A stretch of DNA of 64,000 nucleotides from Candidatus Nealsonbacteria bacterium (GTDB lineage: Bacteria > Patescibacteriota > Minisyncoccia > Minisyncoccales > RBG-13-42-11), in assembly GCA_026396115.1 (NCBI GenBank), contig JAPLXL010000005.1, positions 137,316-201,315 of the forward strand, written 5' to 3'. Of this stretch, positions 34,806 through 43,379 are shown piece by piece. Position 1 is the first letter of the stretch. Each line of letters opens with the position of its first letter. The position numbers and the translations under genes are program-made. The notes below the pieces were generated by a model. It did not search any database, was not told where the DNA came from, and was given only the letters and a program-made list of their open reading frames with translations.

Positions 34806-37687
34806 AAAAATATTTTTTGAAAAAAAAGATTATAATTCTCTTTTCAATAATAATAACGGTAGTTTTAATCGCCGGCCTTTTCATTGTTTTTGATTTTAAT
34901 TTAGAAAATTTAACAGTTAAAAAAGGCATCCAAATGACTAAAAATAAAGCCCGAATTTTTGCCCAAGAAATCTCTCTTTCTTTTATGCCTCGTTTTCCTC
35001 AAAGATTGATGTATTTAGCCGGAGAAATGACAATCCTTACCCAGAACCTGGTTAATTTTAACGAAAAATTGAATGAACTTACAGAAGAATGTGGTTGTCA
35101 ATATGCCGAATCGCAATGTCAACAGAGTAAAATCTTGGGAGTCCAAGTAGGATGCAAACCCGGAAAGATTAAAACTTTTAGCGACCCTTGCCCCCATAGA
35201 GAAGAGATTGAAGACAGGCAATTAGATATCCAGATGAAAATAGAACAATTTTCTTATTTACAAAAATTACTCAAAAAAGAAATGGAGGTAGGATTGGAAA
35301 AAGAATTAAAAACTTTAAGGCCGGAAGTGGCTGAAGAATTAAAAGATAATTTAAATAAACTTCTTGAGTTAAATCAAGACGCTATTCTTTCGGCCTCATC
35401 TACCTACCCTTTACCTCTTCAATGTACGGCTGACAAATGCCAAGCCCAATGTCAACAGGGATCCAGTTTCAGCCTGAAGGCTTGTCTCAATCCCGGTGAG
35501 CAAAAACCAATGGAAGCGATATTTGAAGCCGGAGTGGGTTTGAATGATTTAGAACTCGGCGAAATAGGAATTAAAAATATCAATTTAGGATTACCGGAAG
35601 AAATTGAATTAAAAGACCTGGCTGAACTTTCTTCATTCACTATTTCTTTGCCAAGCGTTAATATCACTTTTCCTGAAATTACAATTGCTGAGTTTCAAGC
35701 AGGAGCATCTCTCGATCTTTCCGGCCGACCTATTATCTTCAATCCACCTTCACCAACAATTCCTCAGCCACCCTTATTGGAGTTATCCTGTCCAAAATTG
35801 CCGCCCTATGAACCATCCACTTTTTCCCAAACTTCCTTAGCCCAAACAATTGGTGATTTTCCGTTTAGGACGTTAGGCTGTGGCTGTTCTCCTAGTTGGT
35901 CAATTACTGTGGAAGAAGAGTCCGTAGATTATGTTGACGTTGAGTGGTATTTTCAAACTTTTTCCTGGTTATCGGAAAAATGTCAGGAGTTGCCGGGAAT
36001 GGAAGACCAGGGAATTCCAACTGAGAAAATTGAAAAATGTTTTGACCAGGAAAATGTCCATTTGACTATTATTCAAGAATGCGATGATTTTTGGGCAAAT
36101 TATAACCCTGAATCTCCGCCGCCTATTCCGCCAATTTGCAATGCTCTGGGACCGTCTTCTTCGGCAACTCAAATACAACAAGAATGTCAAAATTTATTTG
36201 AACAAGAAGGAGAATCCGCTCCTTCAAATTGCAACCTAAGCGTTTTAAAAGAAAAATGCGAGCAATTAAAAGATGAAGGAATAGAAGAAACTCCTGAGCC
36301 TTGTAAGTTTTTACCCCTCTTTACCGGTCAATTTCCTTCTCCGGACTCTTATGAATTTTCCGGTTCGCCCCAGTTTTCCCCAACCCAAACAATTGCCGAT
36401 TTTCCGCTTAGTATGTTGGGCTGTCCTGCATCTCCTCCCACTCTTCCCAAAATTATTTTTCCTAAAATAGTCATTCCTGATATTAAACTACCACATATTA
36501 AGTTTTGGCCCTTTTTTGATATTAAACTGCCTAATTTTATTTTTGAAGATTTGATTCTGCCTGATTTAGACCTCTGCGATTTAGATAACTGCGCCAATAT
36601 CTTTCCTGATTTAAAATTTCAATTGCCGTATCTTGATATACCGCAAATTATTGTTCCTTCCATTCAACTGCCGGACATCAGCGCTAATATTTCGGGCGTA
36701 GGAGTGATTAAAGTTCCTTTGCCGAGAGTTGAACTTAGCGAAATTGAATATCCGGTTATTTCTTTAAATTTTCTTCAATCATTTAATTTAGGCAATCTTA
36801 TTACTCCGGAATTAGAACTGCCAAGAATTGAATTGCCCCGGCCAAAAGTTCATTTTGCCTTCAAAAGTCTTAATATTGATTTCTTCAATATTCTTTTAGG
36901 ATTGATTGGTCAATTTCTTCCTATTCCATCGGGATGTATCGGCTTTGATTTCCATATAATTCCTCTCTCGATTATTTTTCCTGATTTTTATTTTACCTGG
37001 CCTGCTTTTCCGAGAATTCCAGAAATCCCTTTTTGCGAGAACATAAATGACTTTTGTCAAAAGGCGAAAACCAATTTGAAAGAAGTAACCGATAAAGTCA
37101 AAGAAATAGAAAACCTAGCCAATACAACTTTCCAAAATGAAATTCAGTCAAAACTTAATCTGGCGGCTCAAGAAATAAATCAAACATTAGCCAATGCTAT
37201 TGGAGAACAACTAAATCAGCGCAGCCAAACAATAATAGACGAGATAGAAAAACATATTCAGCTTAACGCAAAAATAGAAGCCGGGGTTTTGAAAATCCCA
37301 CCGCTTTCGATTGAAATGCCAGATATAGAAGTTCCGACTATTTCCTTGTCTGAGATAACCGGTTTGCCGGATAAAATCACTATTCCCTGGCCAGAGAGCT
37401 TGAAAAAAATTATTCTTGAAAAAGAAATAACCTATAAACTCCCGACTATATCTTTAGATAAGCTCAGTTATGAGAAAGAGATTTCAATTAAAATCCCCGG
37501 TTTTCAGATGCCTTCGCTAACAGTTACTTTAGGCTCGCTTCTTAATTATCCTTCTTGTGAAAGCCAGCCGCCTTCTGGCAGCAATCCTTGTCCTACCGGT
37601 CAAATTCAGCAGAAGCTTGAGGAGATTAAACAAGTTAAAGGTGAAATAGAAGAAACTTCCAAAAAGATAATTAATATATTAGAATGA
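34802..37687 (+). CDS. giant N-terminally anchored Cys-rich protein sharing a TEEC-x-C...GC-x-G...DPC module with the preceding protein; degenerate LP-rich repeats in the distal half
   Basis: One N-terminal TM helix; NEKLNELTEECGCQYAESQCQ...GCKPG...DPCP parallels LTEECQCGNLDAFC...GCSGDPC of the upstream gene; the start overlaps the upstream stop (ATGA). Confidence 0.45.
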   Translation: MKKYFLKKKIIILFSIIITVVLIAGLFIVFDFNLENLTVKKGIQMTKNKARIFAQEISLSFMPRFPQRLMYLAGEMTILTQNLVNFNEKLNELTEECGCQYAESQCQQSKILGVQVGCKPGKIKTFSDPCPHREEIEDRQLDIQMKIEQFSYLQKLLKKEMEVGLEKELKTLRPEVAEELKDNLNKLLELNQDAILSASSTYPLPLQCTADKCQAQCQQGSSFSLKACLNPGEQKPMEAIFEAGVGLNDLELGEIGIKNINLGLPEEIELKDLAELSSFTISLPSVNITFPEITIAEFQAGASLDLSGRPIIFNPPSPTIPQPPLLELSCPKLPPYEPSTFSQTSLAQTIGDFPFRTLGCGCSPSWSITVEEESVDYVDVEWYFQTFSWLSEKCQELPGMEDQGIPTEKIEKCFDQENVHLTIIQECDDFWANYNPESPPPIPPICNALGPSSSATQIQQECQNLFEQEGESAPSNCNLSVLKEKCEQLKDEGIEETPEPCKFLPLFTGQFPSPDSYEFSGSPQFSPTQTIADFPLSMLGCPASPPTLPKIIFPKIVIPDIKLPHIKFWPFFDIKLPNFIFEDLILPDLDLCDLDNCANIFPDLKFQLPYLDIPQIIVPSIQLPDISANISGVGVIKVPLPRVELSEIEYPVISLNFLQSFNLGNLITPELELPRIELPRPKVHFAFKSLNIDFFNILLGLIGQFLPIPSGCIGFDFHIIPLSIIFPDFYFTWPAFPRIPEIPFCENINDFCQKAKTNLKEVTDKVKEIENLANTTFQNEIQSKLNLAAQEINQTLANAIGEQLNQRSQTIIDEIEKHIQLNAKIEAGVLKIPPLSIEMPDIEVPTISLSEITGLPDKITIPWPESLKKIILEKEITYKLPTISLDKLSYEKEISIKIPGFQMPSLTVTLGSLLNYPSCESQPPSGSNPCPTGQIQQKLEEIKQVKGEIEETSKKIINILE

Positions 37688-37702
37688 AATAATAAAAAAC
37701 TT

Positions 37703-39049
37703 ATGCAGAGAAAGACAACTTTGAATAAATATTTTTTTCTCATCCTAATTTTATTTTTATTTTTTTTGTTAAGTGATTTTGCTTTGGCTAAGAAATGTAC
37801 AACCGATGCTGAGTGCGCGCCGGCAAGATGTGTAGATGAAAAATGTGTTAAGACCTTAGAGATTGTTTATCCTAAGGTTCCCGGAGCTACTGCCACTCCA
37901 GAAACCGTTGCCACCGGCTTGCCAGAATACGTCAATTATATTTTCCGATTTGCGGTTATTGTCATTGGCTTAATAATTTTTGGTGTTTTGGTTTACAACG
38001 GCGTTATTTATTTGACCTCAGTCGGGGATCCATCCAAAATGACTGATGCCAGAACCGGAATTTTTGCCGGTTTTTTAGGGGCAATTATTTTGCTTTCAGC
38101 TTATCTCATCTTTAATACTATTAATCCTCAATTAACTATTTTAAAAATGGAAGAAGTCCCTGCTCTCAAACCCATCGTCTTCCCAGGCATTTATATTTGC
38201 GCCAATAAGGTAGATGATATAGAAGGAGTTCTCAATAAATACCTTCAAGGTGATCGAGTTGAAGCTGTCGAAGAGCTCCGAAAAATAATAGAGGATAAAA
38301 TCTGCCTAAAAGCTAATTTCTCCGGCAATTTCGAGAATTTTGAAGTGAGTGCGAATAACAATACTTTTTTTGTCATTCCAGCTGAAGAGTCAAAATATGA
38401 TTCCGATAAAGCAACAACCACAACTAAATATGTGTCTAAATATGGATTAATTTTACACGAAAAAGATAATTTTAGCGGCAGATGTTTTCTCGCATTCCAA
38501 GAAAATGATAAAATATATGCATCATCATCTAAAGAAGAATTTAAGCCAATTTCCGGAAATTTTGATAAGTTACCCTCAGATTTCAAAGCCAGATCATTTA
38601 CTCTTTTTAAAGAACCTGACCCTGAACCGGCTCCTGCTGCCCAAGGAGTAATCTTATATAATTGTCTTAGTTATGACCAAACGGGGTGCGCAAAAGATGT
38701 TACGCTTAAAGAAGCTCCTTTCAATACAGGAGGCGCTGATATGAGACAGGTTACGAAAAGTGGACTGGGAGAATTAGCCCAAAATACCCGTTCAGTTAAA
38801 ATTGATCCCAAAGGTTCTTTCTTGGCTCTCCTTTATGAGAAGGACGATTTTGAAGGTAAATGTGAAGTAATTTCTAGCAATGTTGTTGACCTTACCCAAC
38901 ATCCTATTGGTCGTTGTCCGACTGACCTTGCGGGAGCTGGCTGCAATGTTATAGGAATTTGGATTTATAGTCTAGGAGGTCTGCTATCCAACCCTTATTG
39001 TCAGCCCTGTATTCAATCAATGACTGTAATTAAGGGACTAAGACTCTAA
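37703..39049 (+). CDS. secreted protein with a second copy of the VirB2/TrbC-like two-helix domain and a Cys-knot-like N-terminus
   Basis: Signal peptide; CTTDAECAPARCVDEKC; TVATGLPEYVNYIFRFAVIVIGLIIFGVLVYNGVIYLTSVGDPSKMTDARTGIFAGFLGAIILLSAYLIFNTINPQL is paralogous to the domain in the 32223 gene. Confidence 0.45.
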   Translation: MQRKTTLNKYFFLILILFLFFLLSDFALAKKCTTDAECAPARCVDEKCVKTLEIVYPKVPGATATPETVATGLPEYVNYIFRFAVIVIGLIIFGVLVYNGVIYLTSVGDPSKMTDARTGIFAGFLGAIILLSAYLIFNTINPQLTILKMEEVPALKPIVFPGIYICANKVDDIEGVLNKYLQGDRVEAVEELRKIIEDKICLKANFSGNFENFEVSANNNTFFVIPAEESKYDSDKATTTTKYVSKYGLILHEKDNFSGRCFLAFQENDKIYASSSKEEFKPISGNFDKLPSDFKARSFTLFKEPDPEPAPAAQGVILYNCLSYDQTGCAKDVTLKEAPFNTGGADMRQVTKSGLGELAQNTRSVKIDPKGSFLALLYEKDDFEGKCEVISSNVVDLTQHPIGRCPTDLAGAGCNVIGIWIYSLGGLLSNPYCQPCIQSMTVIKGLRL

Positions 39050-39054
39050 TTAAG

Positions 39055-40548
39055 ATGAAAAAAAATTATTTTTATCTCCTAATTTTAACTCTTCTTTTTC
39101 TTCTTTTTCCTTTGCCAACTTTTGCCCAATGGACATTCATCCGGGATGCTCTTTTGTTTCTTCCCACCTTGGCAATTGCTGCTATTTTGGCTTTTGTTAT
39201 TTTTCTTAGCGGAGGAATTACTTGGTTAGTGGGTGCAATTCTTAATTGGGTAATCAGCCCCGGGTTTGTCAGTTTAAGTTATACCAGAATTGATGGCCCA
39301 AATCCCAATCCAATAATTGGAATGGGATTAAACATTACCCAAAGTTTTGTTAATTTGGCTCTGGTGGTTATTTTGGTTGTTATTGCTCTTTCCATTGCCC
39401 TGCGATTGGGTGAATACGGCAGTAAAAAAATCTTTGCCAAGCTGCTTATTATTGCCTTATTGGTTAACTTTGCTCCGGTTCTTGTTGGCTTAATAGTTGA
39501 TGCTTCAAATATTGTCATGAACTATTTTTTAAATGCAATTACAGAAGGAGCAATGGATATTGGTTCTCAGGTTTCAGATTTTAGCGCTGGCATTGCGAAA
39601 GTTATTGGGGGGGCTGGCGGCAACATTATGAGCAGATTGGGATTAGTGATGCAGGGGATTACCCAGATTATAGTCAACCTGTCCATGGCTTTTGCTTTTT
39701 TACTTTTTGCCGCTCTTTTCTTGATGAGATATGTAGTCATCTGGACTTTAACTATTTTATCTCCCCTGGCTTTTGTTGCTTGGATTTTACCCGGCACTAA
39801 AAAGCTTTGGAATATGTGGTGGAATCAGCTTATTCAATGGTCAATTATTGGTATTCCCATTGCCTTTTTTCTCTATTTAGGTCTCAATAGTTTTTCCTAT
39901 CTTAGGTCTGCTTTCGTTAGCAATCTTGAAATGCCGGGCATGGAACCGGCAACTGTTGGTTTTTTAAACGAAATTTTCCCTTTTTTCGTTATCATTGTCT
40001 TCCTTATTTTAGGCTTTGCCATCGGTCTTCAAACCGGAGCAATGGGAACTAAGGCAGTGATTAAAGGATTTCAAGCCGCTAATAAAACAGCTCAAAAAAC
40101 AACATTAAAAGCCATCGGACGCGGAACAGCGGCAGTCGGAATGGCAGCCGGAGGAGCGGCAGCCGTAAGTGCTGTTGGAAAGATGCAGAGAACATATACA
40201 GCTGGAAGAGCAAAAGGCCTTTCACCGATAAAAGCGACGGGTGAAGCGGTAAAAAGACAGTGGCAAAGAAGAACGTGGCCGGCAATAAAACAGACGGGGC
40301 AAGTGATAAAAACAACATTAACAACAAAAGCAGGAGCAAAAGCAGGAGCAAAAGCAGGATGGTCTAAGGGGGTGGCTGCCGGAAAAGGAACTTGGTCTGC
40401 TGTTAAGGATATTGCCAAACAAACAGCAATCGCAGGAGCAGTCGCAGGGGGAATAATGAAGAAAAAATCACCAACTCATTGTCCATCTTGTGGAGGCGCT
40501 GCTCCGGCCGGAGCAAGTTTCTGCCCTCATTGCGGAGCTAATTTTTAA
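39055..40548 (+). CDS. polytopic membrane protein (VirB6/TrbL-like topology) with a Lys/Ala-rich tandem-repeat tail and a C-terminal CxxC...CxxC zinc ribbon
   Basis: Signal-like N-terminus plus at least six hydrophobic helices; tail KAGAKAGAKAG is encoded by a 3x9-bp tandem repeat at 40327-40358; ends HCPSCGG...FCPHCGANF. Confidence 0.4.
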   Translation: MKKNYFYLLILTLLFLLFPLPTFAQWTFIRDALLFLPTLAIAAILAFVIFLSGGITWLVGAILNWVISPGFVSLSYTRIDGPNPNPIIGMGLNITQSFVNLALVVILVVIALSIALRLGEYGSKKIFAKLLIIALLVNFAPVLVGLIVDASNIVMNYFLNAITEGAMDIGSQVSDFSAGIAKVIGGAGGNIMSRLGLVMQGITQIIVNLSMAFAFLLFAALFLMRYVVIWTLTILSPLAFVAWILPGTKKLWNMWWNQLIQWSIIGIPIAFFLYLGLNSFSYLRSAFVSNLEMPGMEPATVGFLNEIFPFFVIIVFLILGFAIGLQTGAMGTKAVIKGFQAANKTAQKTTLKAIGRGTAAVGMAAGGAAAVSAVGKMQRTYTAGRAKGLSPIKATGEAVKRQWQRRTWPAIKQTGQVIKTTLTTKAGAKAGAKAGWSKGVAAGKGTWSAVKDIAKQTAIAGAVAGGIMKKKSPTHCPSCGGAAPAGASFCPHCGANF

Positions 40549-40566
40549 AACTTCGTAAAATTATTT

Positions 40567-41043
40567 ATGTCAGAAGAATTTGAAATTCAAAAACTAAAAA
40601 GCGAATACCCGGAATTTTTTGAGCAGGTTTCTCCTGAATTTTTGGAGTTTATTTTTTCTGAAGAAACCTCTTCTAAAATTGCCGAGATTTGTTTGGAAAA
40701 CGGAATAGAAGACGAAGAAAAAATTGAAAAAATTGCTTACCGGGTTACCTTGGCTCTGTTAGAGCAAGTACCAAAAGAAAACTTAACTGAAGTCCTTGAA
40801 AAAGGAGTTGAAATAGATTTTGAAACCGCCGAAAAAATCTCTATTGAGATTAAACAGCTTATCTTTTCACAAATTCCAGAAACTCAACCAAAAGAAATTC
40901 AAAAAGAAGAGGATCAAATAGAAGAAGATGAGATAGAAGAAGATGAACTAACTCAACCGGAAAAACCGTCTCCTCCGGTGACGGAAAAAGAAGAACCTGA
41001 AAAGCCCTCAAAAAAAGATGTTTACCGAGAGCCTGTTGGATAA
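40567..41043 (+). CDS. acidic (Glu/Asp-rich) hypothetical protein
   Basis: ORF only; C-terminal EEDQIEEDEIEEDELTQPEKPSPP. Confidence 0.3.
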   Translation: MSEEFEIQKLKSEYPEFFEQVSPEFLEFIFSEETSSKIAEICLENGIEDEEKIEKIAYRVTLALLEQVPKENLTEVLEKGVEIDFETAEKISIEIKQLIFSQIPETQPKEIQKEEDQIEEDEIEEDELTQPEKPSPPVTEKEEPEKPSKKDVYREPVG

Positions 41044-41088
41044 ATAAAAAGGGAATGACTACTGTCATTCCCTCTAAAAAGCAAACAA

Positions 41089-42258
41089 CTACTTCTTTTT
41101 CTTTTTATGCCTCTTTCTCTGTTTTTTTAGTGTTTCTAGGGCTTCTCGAGCACTTTTCATTACTCTTTCTGTCTCTGGGCTTAATGGTTTTTCTGCATTT
41201 ACTTCTTCTTCTTTTGGTTCTTGTTCTGATTCACCACCCGGTATCCTCTTCCAAGCTCCGATTAGATTAAGAAAAGCTCCTTCCATTCCAGTTGCCCCAG
41301 GCGTTTCAATCCTAAGGTAAGATCTTTGTTCCATTGAAAGTTTTGTCATTGTATTGTCTACAATGGGTTGATGTTTTTGGTAGAAAACTTGGGGATCCGC
41401 CCTGAACTCTGCCTGGACCTCTTCCTCTTTTCTTCCTTCGGCTCTCGTCACCGCTAAAATCACAGTTCCCATTATTTCCTCAGCTCTACCAGCTGCCCTC
41501 ATCTCCTGTTCTTTTTTAGCAGCTCCTGCTTTCTGATATTCCGGTGATAATCCAATGCTTTTAATGTCTATTCCTTGTTTCGCAATTTGCAGCCCCCATT
41601 TAGGAAGAGTTTCTTGAATTAATTTTTCGTCTTTTAACCCAACGATTCCTTCCCCTCCTTCCCAGAGAGTTTCACTTTTACCTTTCAAAGCGATAAATTC
41701 ATCTACTGTCAACATGCTAACTCTCGCCCTCATAAGAGCGTCTATTCTGGCAAGGACATCTTCCAGAGGAGTCGGAGGAGCAATAAAGAGAAACAGAAAA
41801 GGATTCAATATCCGCATCGTTATCAATATCTCAATATCCAGCGGAATTCGTTCTGGAGGTAGGGTCTCTACCTTAAAAATTTTTGTCCAGTAAACCGCTG
41901 GTTTCAACATTACATGTCTAAGCTCTTCATCGTGAAACTGTGGTTTCTCAATTTTCTCTCCTACTTCCTCTACCCGGCGTAGATCGGTCCATCTTAAAGG
42001 ATATTTATAGATTTTATAAAAGGGCCATAAATAAACATACAAGCCACCAAAAATTTGACCATAAAGCTTACTTTCTTTTTTTTTCTTCTTCTCTTTTTTC
42101 CTCCAAATATTCCATTCAACATCCATCCAATGATTTTCCCATTGGAAGATAATTTTATAGAAAGCGCCCGCCTTCATCAGCGCCTGGGCTGTCCCTTCTT
42201 TTACAATAGTGAACCTGACAAACAAAAAAAATACTCCTAATAATATTAACCATTCCAT
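41089..42258 (-). CDS. SPFH/band-7-like membrane protein with a poly-Lys segment and basic C-terminus
   Basis: N-terminal TM then IVKEG...; later VETLPPERIPLDIEILITMRILNP and WGLQIAKQGIDIKSIGLSPEYQKAGAAKKEQE resemble SPFH core motifs. The family assignment is tentative. Confidence 0.35.
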   Translation of the reverse strand: MEWLILLGVFFLFVRFTIVKEGTAQALMKAGAFYKIIFQWENHWMDVEWNIWRKKEKKKKKESKLYGQIFGGLYVYLWPFYKIYKYPLRWTDLRRVEEVGEKIEKPQFHDEELRHVMLKPAVYWTKIFKVETLPPERIPLDIEILITMRILNPFLFLFIAPPTPLEDVLARIDALMRARVSMLTVDEFIALKGKSETLWEGGEGIVGLKDEKLIQETLPKWGLQIAKQGIDIKSIGLSPEYQKAGAAKKEQEMRAAGRAEEIMGTVILAVTRAEGRKEEEVQAEFRADPQVFYQKHQPIVDNTMTKLSMEQRSYLRIETPGATGMEGAFLNLIGAWKRIPGGESEQEPKEEEVNAEKPLSPETERVMKSAREALETLKKQRKRHKKKKK

Positions 42259-42438
42259 TTTCCTTTCACCTCCAATATAGTTTTTAAAGGGCTTTCCTCA
42301 AAGAAAACCCTCCTTTTCCTTGATAATTTACTTATATCACAATATAATATTTTTGTCAAATTTCTTGACATTGTGTTTTTCTTTGATTCTATTTGTGCTA
42401 AAATTAAAAAAGTAGTAAAATAATAAGTAGATAAAATT

Positions 42439-42747
42439 ATGCCCGTTGAAGCTGTTATCCCTAAGAAAAAAGGCGGTTGGTTTCAGAAAATTCCTACCGA
42501 AATTTTTTTATCGCCCGGCGGAATGATTTTGATTTTTTTTGCCCTTATAATTGAAATTATTGATTGGATTCCGCTTCCTTTTGTTGACCAAATATGGGAA
42601 CTACCATTGGAAATAGGTTTCATTGTTTTATTAGTTATAATAGTTAAAGATATCTCCTGGAAATCTTTAGTTATTCCTTTTATTATTGAACGCATTCCCA
42701 TAATAAGCGATATTGTTCCCACTTGGCTTATAAAAATGTTTGCCTGA
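42439..42747 (+). CDS. small two-TM membrane protein
   Basis: ORF with two hydrophobic helices. Confidence 0.3.
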   Translation: MPVEAVIPKKKGGWFQKIPTEIFLSPGGMILIFFALIIEIIDWIPLPFVDQIWELPLEIGFIVLLVIIVKDISWKSLVIPFIIERIPIISDIVPTWLIKMFA

Positions 42748-42768
42748 AGGATCGGACTTGACAAATTT

Positions 42769-42935
42769 TAAAAATAAATTACAATTTGACATAGTAGCAA
42801 TTAAGATGTGCCGCGTCTCCGAAAATCTGAAAAGGGAGATAGGCTGATCCGCCTCAGCTTTGAAGCTTCGGCGGGCAAGAAGGTCGGCGCTACTAGCAAA
42901 GATTAATTATCAGTAATTGTCTAAATCCAGAAAGA
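42769..42935 (+). promoter_or_regulatory. candidate promoter (TTGACA-16-TACAAT) and GC-rich structured leader upstream of khpA-trmD
   Basis: TTGACA at 42769-42774, TACAAT at 42791-42796; the leader contains the hairpin ccgcctcagctttgaagcttcggcgg, which is conspicuous in an AT-rich genome. Confidence 0.3.
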
Positions 42936-42938
42936 ACT

Positions 42939-43250
42939 ATGACTGAAACAAAAGGAAACGATAAAGAATTCCTTGAGTATTTAGTGAAGGCTTTAGTTGA
43001 TAACCCAGAAGATGTCAAAATCGACCGCAAGGTTGATGAAATGGGAGTTTTGCTTTCTTTGAAAGTGAACTCCGAAGATATGGGTCAGATTATCGGCAAA
43101 GCCGGTTCTACTGCCAGAGCAATTAGAGGTTTGGTTCGAATTGTCGGTCTTAAAAATCACGCCAGAGTGAATTTGAAGATCGAAGAACCGGAAGGTGGCA
43201 GAGAAACTCGAGAAATAAAAACAGAATCTATTGAAGATTTAAAGTTGTAA
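42939..43250 (+). CDS. khpA: KH-domain RNA-binding protein KhpA (UPF0109), copy 1, with a C-terminal extension
   Basis: LVKALVDNPEDVKIDRKVDEMGVLLSLKVNSEDMGQIIGKAGSTARAIRGLVRIVG; classic position between rpsP and trmD. Confidence 0.7.
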   Translation: MTETKGNDKEFLEYLVKALVDNPEDVKIDRKVDEMGVLLSLKVNSEDMGQIIGKAGSTARAIRGLVRIVGLKNHARVNLKIEEPEGGRETREIKTESIEDLKL

Positions 43251-43305
43251 ACTAAAAGTTTACAATTGCTCGAAGACCGTGCTATTATTGATAGTGCGGT
43301 TTTCG

Positions 43306-43379
43306 TTTACCGAGCTTTCACGGATGAAAGCGAAGGTGAAAATGAAGGCAAACTTCGCAGAAGGAAAACTTCATCGCCT
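43306..43379. repeat. mini-element copy immediately upstream of the trmD start codon
   Basis: tttaccgagctttcacggatgaaagcgaaggtgaaaatgaaggcaaacttcgcagaaggaaaacttcatcgcct. Confidence 0.6.

Noticed and set aside
40079-40418. Minus-strand ORFs (90 and 108 aa) rich in Leu/Pro/Ala
   Set aside because: They are the reverse-complement reading of the Lys/Ala tandem-repeat tail of the VirB6-like gene. Low-complexity artefact.
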